Part shown: positions 25,601-37,600 of the stretch, in pieces
Layout of the letters: each line of letters begins with the position of its first letter
Numbering within the stretch: the first letter of the stretch is position 1
The notes under the pieces: generated by a model
The model's database searches: none
Seen by the model: only the letters and a program-made list of their open reading frames with translations
Told to the model about the DNA's origin: nothing
Translations under genes and position numbers: made by a program
Source of the DNA: Owenia fusiformis
Taxonomy: Eukaryota
DNA: 64,000 nt
NCBI GenBank assembly: GCA_903813345.2
Contig: CAIIXF020000001.1
Location: 20,088,001 to 20,152,000, forward strand
Direction: 5' to 3'

Positions 25601-28600
25601 GGATGGGAATAAGCATAGGTTTGCCACCTTAGAGAGGAATTTACAAAAGCAATTCTGTAACAGTTCTGCAAAGGTAGGATTTGAATGCACCGTGGAGCTG
25701 TTATTGCAAGGATAGCCTACAAAAAGAGCATGCACACAATTTTAAAGCTTTTTACAGGGCAAAATACAGGGTGTTTTAAAAATATAATATGCATGTTTGA
25801 TCTCATATTTTTAGAACGCTGCAAATTGGTAAAGGGTACGCATGCAAAGAGAAATTCTCCAATCTTAGTTGGAGAAATTCACATGTAAAAGAAGAAACAC
25901 AAATATTCCATCACCGACCATGATTGTAAAACATGTTGTCATCATAGCTTTGCTTTTAAGCCAAGTAATGATTATGTCTGCTATTTAAGACATTTACCAA
26001 AACAAGTATATTTTGATTTCAGTTACAATTTTCCAAACACAATTTTTACCCTTCCAAATGTAATTCTTAAAAAACATATTGATGTCAAACTGAAAGGTTA
26101 TTGAACATTTAAAATGGAGAAATCTGTGAATTACTAATCACCATCATGATGATTATCTGGAGAAGATTGTTTATTCTCATGGGGTTCCTGAAGCCCACAT
26201 TTATTCTTAGCAGTTAGGCCAATATACAGAGTGGGCCAATAAAAATTGGAATGTGGATCCAATGAGGATAAAAAAGTTATGACCTGTGATTTTATTGTAT
26301 ATGTAATTTCTCAATACATGTTTATTTACGAATGAAATTCATTCTCCAAAGTCTTTGTAATGTTCTCTGCTCCATATAATGTACAAGTAACACTCTCCTG
26401 GGGTGGAGATAAGAAAGCTGCACATGCATACAAGACACCAGCAACATAACGTCTCAGCATTCGAGAGCAACTAAGACAAAACATAGAATAAGGGGTGGAA
26501 TGAAAGCTTGACATAAATACTGGAGACCAAAATGCCTGTTCCTGGGTAAACACAAACCTGCTGTCAAATTTATGTGGATATTTTTCTCGCATCAAATGAA
26601 ATTTGTGGGCTATTGACGCATCCTGGAATAGACTTTGTATATTAGTAGAAATTAAGGTTAAAAACATGATGAATTTCTAATCCAACAAACTTTAACAATG
26701 ATTATATAACTGTTAATGATTTGGACTACATACTGTATTGTGAACATCCTCTCCATGTATCTTGACCCAACCCAAAAATAAACATATTGTGAAAAAATGA
26801 ACACCCTTTTCAAAAACATTTGGGAAATATTCACATTCAACTGAACTAAAATGAAAGTAACAGCTTACCACCCCAATAGAGAAATAATTATTGATAATGT
26901 TACAAGGAACTGGATCCCCTTGTTCTACAGTATCTGGCGTACTAAACTCTATCTGCCAGCGATCCAGCTGGACTTGGTTACCACTCTTTATTCTGTGTAA
27001 ATATTTGTTCAGATTTTCTCCCTCATAACCTGGAAAAACACAATTGTTTTCAAAAAAGACATTTACATACTTAATTTTTCTTTTTTACTCACATTTTACT
27101 TGATTACATATAGTGCATGTGGTATATCGCATATTAAATATTTTCAAAGGATGCAATGTTTGAAGGATACTTGAACAACATTTTTTAAATTGCCCTCTAT
27201 TATGTAAATGTACAAATTGCATGCTGGCTTTGACTGTTAACAGTATATCAATAACTATTGTTTAAAATGACACATGCTATACATCAAAGAAAAGTGAGCA
27301 CTGTTTAAAATCTAGATGCACATGTGGCAAATGTTTGAGCCGGATAAAATCCCCATGTTCAATAAAATGTCACACTTACAATACAATACAATAAATGGTG
27401 AAATGAATGTTATGTGGCTGTAAATATTTACCTCCTCCCCAGTTGAGACATCGTGCCAGGTCATTACCCGTCCCAAGAGGTAGAACTGCCACTGGCGGAC
27501 GATTTACAAAGGTCACCTTATCTACAACATAATATAAATACTATTTATTCATGTTCATTGAAGAGCATGAAAATGAATCCCTCCATTCTTGACAGAAACA
27601 GAATAGGTAATAATGATATAGAGCTGATAATAGAAATGTATACTATTATTACTTATGCACTGCATTGTTCTTTATACTATTGATTCCTTTCAAAGCATGT
27701 TTCACTGGCTTTTGGTTTGATCATATTCAACTGCGTAGTTTCTTGTGTTAAACAATATCAAGAAGCAGCAGGGGATATCTAACTGCATGCCTATTAATCC
27801 CCCGCCTACTTAAATTACCCCCTTTCTACTCACCCATGGCTTCAAGTAACCACCCGACTGTTCCATCTCCTCCGCAAACAAGAATTCGGAAATTTGGCAC
27901 GTCTTTGAAAAACTGCAACCTAAAAATGTTACACTGTGGATGCAGTTTGTGTTATATTTTCATATTTTCAATGTAATATAAAGCATGAGTCTGCATAGCT
28001 TATAACTTCATACAATAAGTTATACAATGTAGTAATACTTGTAAATTCAGTAATGACTGTCTATAAAGTGCACACCTCCCTATAAAGTGCAAACCTCCAG
28101 ACAGACCTGCTCATGTTAAAAACTGACCCCTATAACATTAGTGCCAATAAATTCTGAACAAAGTGTTCTCACTTCAAGAAATTCAATTTAAAAGAACCAG
28201 GATATTGTGATTTTTGAGATATGCTTTTGTCCATGTGTGAGTATCAATATCTATGCATACACAGTTGAGTTCATAAATTTACAGTGTACATACACTTGGA
28301 ACAATGTTTTTAATGTTGGCAGTCAATGTACTGTATATTTAAATGTGTTAATTCGGAATAAAGAAAGGAGAAAATGAAGGTTAAACATACGCTGGTTGAG
28401 GTCCTCCATTTTTGATCAGATCATAAACCTGCCTTGGGTTGAGTAAATACTGAAACTTTCTTAATATCCTGAAATAAAATGCAATCAAACTTGAACACAA
28501 TACGAATGTGTATTTTGTAACATAGTTGCTGCATAAAAAGTGGGCAAAAAGGTAGGTAGATGATCATTTGACATTTTCAAGACATACAAGTTAACCATTT

Positions 28601-31600
28601 ACATACAGCAAAAACTAACCATTATTAGCATATAATTTATTCACAATTGACTATTTTAATTGTGGGAAACTCGAAAGTGAGGGATAACGTACCTGGCACC
28701 TTGTTTCCCTCCACTCTTTGGGTTGATAAAGACGAGAAGAGGTGAGGTATCATTCATCGGGGTGATCTGAAATGAACTCTGGCCCTGTCAGGTGACGCAG
28801 AGGGAAGAAAGACAAAGAATAGCGGGTTAGTTACAAAGCAGTAAAGCACAGTCAGGTCAAAGGGCAAATCAAGGGTAAGAGGGGGGATACCCCAGAATCC
28901 ATAGATGACCCTCTTTCCATATAAAGATGAACTTTTAGGGGTTCATATACTAATTCTGAGGTATTCCCACCTCTTAATAAGGGTAATCTTATGTATGTCA
29001 TTTTCAAATATTAGAAAATCAACACAATCATTCAATGTACTTTTGTTATAAATAACAAAAAAAGTTGACTTTTAATATAAAAAATTTCATCCATTAAGAT
29101 ATGGTTACTTTTTACAAAAGGCAGAATTTCATGACAGAGATTCGTCACTTAATTATGATGTCAAAGACAGACCACTATTGTAACAGATTATATTATATTC
29201 TGATACTACTCTAGCATTGGTTAAATATTTGAGATCAAATTGTCATGTAGACCAATCATTGGATGTTAGAAGTGCTTTGATTAACCTGTCACGTGAAACA
29301 AACATGAAGATTCACGATAGAAACACTAAAAACCATACTCCGAGGAGTGCATTAAAACATTAGACAAAATTGATCAGAAAACATTTTAATAGGGAGAACA
29401 TGTATATGTTGGTCTCCATGACAATTATGCTTCTACATACTGGTCTTATAATAGTTATATATTAATATGTCTATCCCAACAACTTTACATTAGCACAGAT
29501 AAGCTTATTAATCTGACTGTATGAAATCCTGAAATTCAGTGCTTTGGAAAAACACTATCACAAATCGTATTTAAATGCGCATCTAAACTTATCTGTATTA
29601 ACCATTGTCTCCACCAAACTTATAACTATGAAAGCTAAAGTATCTATTTGTATTCCCATGTATTTCTTGTTATAATGTGAAATAGGCAGAATTGTGTATT
29701 AATTTTTTATTATTTCAAATAGGCATTGAGAAATTTATTTGGTGTTAGAAATCGAAAAGACAGAAAATGTGTATAGCTTCTTATTATCTCAATTTGACAC
29801 TGACAAATTTCAAGGAAAGAATTTGAAATCTCAGTGTAAAAAACTAAACAGTTAATCAAAAGTGCTTGAAATATTATCATCCCATAACCTAGGAAAAGCT
29901 CTTTAATAACACAGAATCAAAGGATTGTCTCTCACAAGCTTCTGTTAAATATAAGAACAAGAAACATTTAAATTTGAGTTAACAAATTCTTGAAAAGTTG
30001 AAAATGCCAAGAATACATTTTAACATGAAAAGCATATAGGTAAAGGTAAAATTGCTAGAACTTGCAAATATGCATCCTTATGGGAAACTGTAACTTTTGA
30101 AACCTTATATAAGTAAGAAAAATAGCCTGCACCTCATGCCCAAAGAAAGCACTAGATGCATATGCAATATTTAAAAATCTTATGTAATGTATGTGTCATG
30201 TAACTGATAGCTTTGTTTTTTTACAAATTTTAGAAAACCATTCATATGTAGAGCTGTAAAATTAATAACTAAAAATAAATAAATGTGACACAAAATCCCA
30301 AGATTTAATTACCTGCAGGCCGCCACTTCCAGAATTTTCACCCTCGTTACTTTTTTTACTAGAATTCATTGTGCTCTTACGTTCCTAAAAATAAAAATGA
30401 GGAATGATTTAAAAAATAGTCTGCACAACAATTGTATGAATATTAAAATTGTAAATGTAATATTTCTTGCGGTGAAACTTCTATTTGAACATGACTGTAT
30501 TCACGCCTTCTATAAACTGTAAACAAAGTCAACATTTCACCCAGGGTATATTCGGGAACAAAACCCCTGGTAATACTTGTAATGAGTGACGTTATAATGG
30601 AGGGCCATAGTAATGGCGGACCATAATGAATATCCGAAAAATGTTGGTGAGTTGTCATGTTCGAATCATAATATAGACCTCAGAGCAGGTGTAATATCGT
30701 CGAATACACCCCTTGGGCTAGGCACAAAAGTTTTTGAACCCCTCACTCCCTTCGGTCGTTTGGGGTACAGAAAACGTTTGTGCCTAGCTGCGGGGTGTAT
30801 TCGACAATATTACCCCTGCTCTTTGGTCTATATTTCTTAATTCATCTACTTGGTGCTTATGATCCATATGAGCTTATGTTTGTGTCTTTCCTGAAGTTGA
30901 CTATACCTGAGAGTGAAAAGACACTTGTTGATACAAATAACTATTATGTATTATTGTGGTACAGATTTCCGATATTTCCCCAACTATTGGTAAGAGTATT
31001 TTATAGATCCTACTGCCACCAGTAGAATCAGTTGACCTTATTGTGAAAAACTAGGGGGAGGGAGTATACTTACTAGGACAGCTGGACATATCGCATTGGG
31101 GGGAAGGATGTGATCTCTAAATTCACCAAAGTCACATTCAGGTTTTACTTGTGATGCACATTTATTGTGGAGCTGAAAAAAAGAAGTCAATAGAACACAA
31201 TTATATACATGTACATTGTCATTGTATACAAATCTGACTAGTATATGCCTTTTATTATCCCATGACATCAGTATTACAGAAAATAGAAATAGAAGCAGTG
31301 TTTTCAATTTTACTGGTTTTAAGGCGCTCACATAAATAATACCAGACTTCTCCTGTGTAGTACACAAACTTACATTTAGATGGCACCAGCGGCAATGAAG
31401 ACCAGTCACGCCATTGTAGGTTTTTATTGATTTTCTACATTTGTCACACTTGCCAGGGCTGTTCCCCTCAACCCAGTGATGCTGCATGTTCTGTAAGAAA
31501 ACATTATGTATAAATTCATGAATTTAAGAAATGTTAAAACATGCCAAATGGAAACCTTTTCACTTTTTAATATTCTTTATTTATGACTTCTTCAATATCT

Positions 31601-34600
31601 TTACAATAAAGCAGACATAATCATGGTCTCATGGTTATGCTTTAAATTCTGTTTGAGGACATTTTACATTTTTTCTTGTTGATCAGATGTATCATTACAT
31701 AGACATAGTATTCAATGGTAAGATTTGGAGTGTTTTTCTAACTATATGGTATAACACTATATAGTATAATAAAATATATAACATTATAATAATATAATAT
31801 AGTATAGTATAGTACAAGAAATAATGTTCCTTAATAAAGGACTTACATTTAAACCTTTCTTTGACTTTACATATGTGGTTATACAACAAGCAGGGGCTCT
31901 GTGGACACACCTCTCGTGTACTGTATATTTGCAAACTGAAAATAACACAATTTAGTAAACATACATACAGACGGATGGATGGATGCGCCTATGCCGACAA
32001 TAAGGCCCCACACTATGTGGTGGGGACATAACAAAAGGAGTAAGGCGTCTCTGATAAATCAGCATGATCTTCTCATCTATATGAATATTTTCAAGATCGA
32101 CAAAACCTCAGAAGAACTTATTTGTTTGACTTACATATGCAACTAAGGCCTTGTTTTCCTAGTCCCACTAGCATGTTAAGGCAGAGATTGCAGTAGGCAG
32201 GTTTGTTATAGTGTTTGAGACGCCAAGAGTGGGTCCCGTCATCTTTCACATTCTGAAGTATAGTGATTACTTAATAGTCTGGTTTATTATACTTATAGGT
32301 TAGAAGTTTAAGATATTGAAGTGTTTTACTTTAATTACAAAGAATATATATATAAGAAATGCTTCAAATAAAACAAATGAGTAAAATACACAATCTATCT
32401 TAATTTTATCAAATTTAACTTCATCACCTGGTAAGTTATTGTGAATGGTTACAAAAGTGTAACAATGTATTACAAACACCAAAAGCCAAATGTTATTTAC
32501 TGCCATTCATTATGAGACTGGTGGCTAAAACAAGGTCATTTCTTGGGTAAGGACAAATAGCTGCCCATGCCTATTGATAGTACATGTATAAGTTACATAT
32601 TAAAATATTTTAGAATTATTCAGGATGGGAATTACAGATGTTAAAGTTGTACATACTGTGTCTAGACCCAGTAGAACCAGGAGAGGTATTGTTGTAAGAC
32701 CTCCACGCTTCCATTCCTCCAGGGAAACAGTTCCATCTTCATCATAATCTATCTCACGCATCATGTCTTGTAATATCTGTAATAAGCTTATATGTTTCAA
32801 TAATGCCTTACACAATATTAGACAGCATTACATTCTTAGCAAAGCAATTATACTGGAGTCAGTCAAATTGATTCACATAATCCAACTAATAAACCGACAC
32901 TAGGCCAAACTTAAGGTTTGTTTACTCACAGGTTTAAGCTCGGAGACATCCCAACCAAGGTACTCTGCGACAGTCATCATTTGCTGCACAATACAATCCA
33001 GCTCCTAAACCATAATGCAACGCTCCTAATTAATATGGCATGACAAATAACATGCTATGACAATGATTATTACAGAGATAATCAATTAAAATCCAAGACT
33101 GAAGTGGTATAAACCTCTTCATTATTATATAAAGAATCGAGAGGATGTTTATCTAAGAAACACCTATTTTACGCATTTGAAACCTCTGAAATGTCCAAAT
33201 TGATGACAGGCATCAAAAACTGCATTATACAAGTATAAACTGGTTCTTAACATTAAAATTACAGTAGACTACAAATCAGGGAAGGCATCAAAAGACCAAT
33301 GTCTGATAGGAAAATAAATAAATCTAGTTTTGAGTTGGACCCCCCTCCCCAGCAAAACTAAATACAATGAAAGTTGATCGCGGACTTTTCACATGTTAAA
33401 CGACTCAATTTGGACTTTAATTGGGGCAGTACTATAACTTATTTATAATTCTTAAAACATGTGCCAACAACAACAGGCACAATATTCCATTGTTGCATGC
33501 ATCTTGGTGAAGAAGGCATCTGGTAAAGTCTTTATTTTTAAACCATTCCAAGGAATTTCCAGTCGAAATTGCAAAAAATTTAAATGTTGAAATTTGTCGG
33601 ATAGCAAACTGAAATAGCTTTGAACCCCTCCCCTCAAACTAGATTTATTTAGTTTTCTATCAGACATTGATCTTTTGATGCCTCCCCTTATAAAGGTACT
33701 TCTAATGGTACTTCTAGAAATATACAGAAATTATTCAAAAATAGAAATTCAACAAAAATAAAAACATTTTTCTTCACAACTATTCAAGTATATTGAGCCC
33801 ATATACCTTTCAAAGAGAACTATACCAATTCCAGAATGCTTTATCTACATCAATAATCTGCAAAAGGCTAATAAGCCCATTTAAAGCAGATATATTACAT
33901 TTGAGAATCAGATATTAAGCATGATGGGATTGGTTTGGGACCATTGCTACTTACACTACCCTCAAGTAGTAGATTGTCATCTGTATCATACAATCTAAAC
34001 ATGACTGAAAAACACATCAAAGAGAGGACAGTAAAATAAAGAGACAACCCAAAGGACAACATAAAATGAAAAATAAAATGAAGAAGAAACAAGTTGAATA
34101 CAAGAAAACAATACTTTGCAGCCCTCTCCACCCCACCAACTGAGTGACCAATCCAATACAGTGCATGTGCTGGACATGTACAGTAGAACCTGTATATCCG
34201 AACACCTTTCTAATCCAAACATCTCTCAACGTGAACACTTTATCTCATCTCCCATTGACTTACATATTGAGACACTTTGATATGTGAACACCTGCAAATG
34301 TGAACTTTTTTGGCCAGTCACAATGGTGTTCGGATTAGACAGGTTTTACTGTAATCACTGTAATAATTGGTGATTTAAACAGGTGTCATCAGTGGATGTA
34401 CATGTATTAGATACTTGTGCTGTTGAATTTAAAGGACTGCATTGCATCATGGGTACTACTGCACTATGGGATGGTTCTATCCTCCATTGAAAGGTGTGTT
34501 GCCTACTCTACAGAGAAAATAGTACGTAGGTTATAGTCATAAGCAAGTATCCATAACACAATACAAAGCCCCTTAGCAATTTCCTCGAATCAAGAAATAA

Positions 34601-37600
34601 CTAAAACAAGATCTAGCAAGACTCATTGTGACAGGAAATACGAATCATCAAAAGTAAAATTGAACATTTCGGACAAAATTGATTTTGGAAAGATTTATGG
34701 AGTCAAAGTGTGTGCTATGAATCACTAAAAATGGCTATAACCTTACATCTTCAGTCTCTTATTATACATCTATTGTCAGTTTTATCACAATTTCTGAGGT
34801 TGTTTAATCATACAAATGACACACCATCAGAAACACATAAAATGTTTCAATAAGAAAACTAAGATAAGTGACTAAATGCATGCAATATATAGAGTTCTGG
34901 ATCTCACATAACTACATACTATGGAGAAGTACTACAAAATAAAATGTATCTACCCACGCCATGCAATACTGAAAATGCTAGATACAAGTTATCTCAATTA
35001 ACAATAAGGTTGTTCCATTCATTTTGCTGTATTTAAAATGCATGGCTAGAGTATTTTAGTGAAAGGGGCAATATAATCATTGCCCTACCCTAACAAATAC
35101 ATGGAGATGGTACAAGGTCAGAGCAAGGAAAACGTTCCTGATATATCGAAATTAACCACTATTATTCAGAAAGACAGTGTTTCACTCAGTGTTTTTACTT
35201 GGGTAAAATTTTAGAGCTGTGGTTGTGAAAATGGATATGTTTATATACAAAATAGAATCTGTATTTAAACTTTATTTATGAGGGTAGTAACAAAAGCAAC
35301 ACCTACAAAAGACAACATCTAGGTATCTTTATTTGCATATTCATTGTTTATTTGGTTATCGATGCATTGCATTTAATGACTAATATACAAATAGAGAACA
35401 GTCAGAATGAAACTAGTTGTCACAATGTTACCATAGTGATAGCATTTGTCACCATGGTTACTTACATCTGTATCTAGAATACCGTTGCCATCGGCATCAT
35501 ATAATCTGAACATGACTACAATAGAAATGGAATACACAAAAGTTTTAACTCTCTTCAAATGCGTAAATAGTAAATCAAATGTTATATTGACTAAAATCTT
35601 ATGACTTTAATTGGTCAGTAATTCACACACACTTGTAAGCTGCACCTAGACTAAAATACATATACTCGTACATCCCAAACAATAATGATTTGGGGTCCCG
35701 GCATGTTGTAACGCTATAATTGATGATTCGAGTCCTTTCAATAATCTTCTATTGCATCCATGTTATCCTGGAATTGATAAGTTTGGGTCCAAAATGACCT
35801 GAAGTTGAAGACCTGCATATTGGTAATGAAAGCCCTTTCAGGAAAATGAGGAATGCATACATGTAAAGCATACAAAGTAATATAAATATGGTAACGAGAG
35901 TATAAAAAATCTTATCAAAACTATTCCAAATCTATGCACAAACATTGAATCAGTGATCTCCCCAACATTAACTTGAGAATTTTGAAAATAGGCTTGCACC
36001 CACTTGAAAACAAAAACATTTTCCCTTTTGCAAATGAGAAAATCATAAAAAATCTGTATACTTTGACCAATTTAGTATTAAACTGTATGAGAATTTTACA
36101 CTGATAAAACCCGTTGAGCACACTCCATCTAGGTTTTATATCAATTCAGACTTAATTCACATTTGACCACAAAAGATTAAATGTACTTTTACTTCTTAAT
36201 ATTCCTATATACAACATCCATTACTACTTACATTCTAATTTATCCTCTGGTCTCCCAGCCTCCAATAACGAGAGGTAACATACTAAATCCTTTAGATAGA
36301 TACTGCCATTTTTTATGTCTAAGCTATTCCGACGTTTTATATCATTGGTATTCAGTAGAGAAGACTTGGACTGGCGGATCCACGGATCACTGCTATCTAT
36401 AACACAGAAAATAAAATGAGTAAAAAACAAATCGATTTTACATGAGATGAAATTTTATTATCGATCAGTCAATATCAATGAAACATATACATGAGTTAGC
36501 AATAACAACATGACATATGAATAAAGTTATATATTTGATAAATGTTTATTTAAAAAATAACAATTTTTCACAATTATTTCTGCCAAAACATATAATTTAC
36601 AAATGTCCAACACAGACAATACAAAAACAGAAGCATATAATACATCATATCATACCAGCATACAACACGCTACACTTGCACCATACAGAACAAATTTGAT
36701 TCCAAATTGGAAATATTACGCATGTACCAGTACTGATAAATATATGTGCAGTAAAACGTGGATTAGTTAAAGGGCTTATAGCTGTTATTTTAATCCTAAA
36801 TAACCCAAAAATATTTTTAATTCATAATGATGTGTAACTTACACAATCGATAGACTTGGGATTAAACTAATTCTTCTTTGTAATTACTGAAGCTTGAAAA
36901 AAATCATTCATGTAGAAAGTGAATTAATTGTTCTTAATAACTTTAAAGGTGCAAGCAGTCCAATGTAGAAAGTGAATTAATTGTTCTTAATAACTTAAAA
37001 GGTGCGAGCAGTCCAATGTAGGAAGTGGATTAATTGTTCTTAACTTAAGGTGCAAGCAGTCCAATCTTGATCTAGTCATACTGGTGACTTGGTGAGGATT
37101 TTTCTCAAGCCTTGATATTTTCAAAAACTTTATGTTCAAGTCTATTGATTCTACAAGTATAAGTTACATATAATTCTGAATTCGAAATATTTCACAGTTA
37201 TACCATGGTCACATTTGCTCTGGTACTGGCACCCGACCGATGAGTATTTTGTTCAAAATTACATTCAGTTTTGAACAAAATACTCATCGACCTGGCTCCA
37301 GTGTTGAAGATAGGGGCAAATGTGACCACAGCATTATTTAGGCTGAAAGTTACATCTCTTATAGCCATTTAATAGCTGTTTGCAATTGCAGTTTCTATGA
37401 GATTGTTTCCCTGGGTATGAACCAGTCAATCTCACGGTCCTACCTACAATTTTCACTTGGATCATATGTGTATGTGTTGAATACACGTTTTACTGCAATA
37501 TATGACAGCCCCATGTGGCAGTACATTATATGTATTCTGAAATTCCTCATTTATAAGTATAAGCAATATGCAACTACAGTACATTAGTCATATACTACTC

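Noticed and set aside
34462-35438. 8-bp complementarity CACTATGG/CCATAGTG between the DGK EF-hand exons
   Set aside because: Too short to exceed chance; no convincing docking/selector pair was found for this MXE pair.
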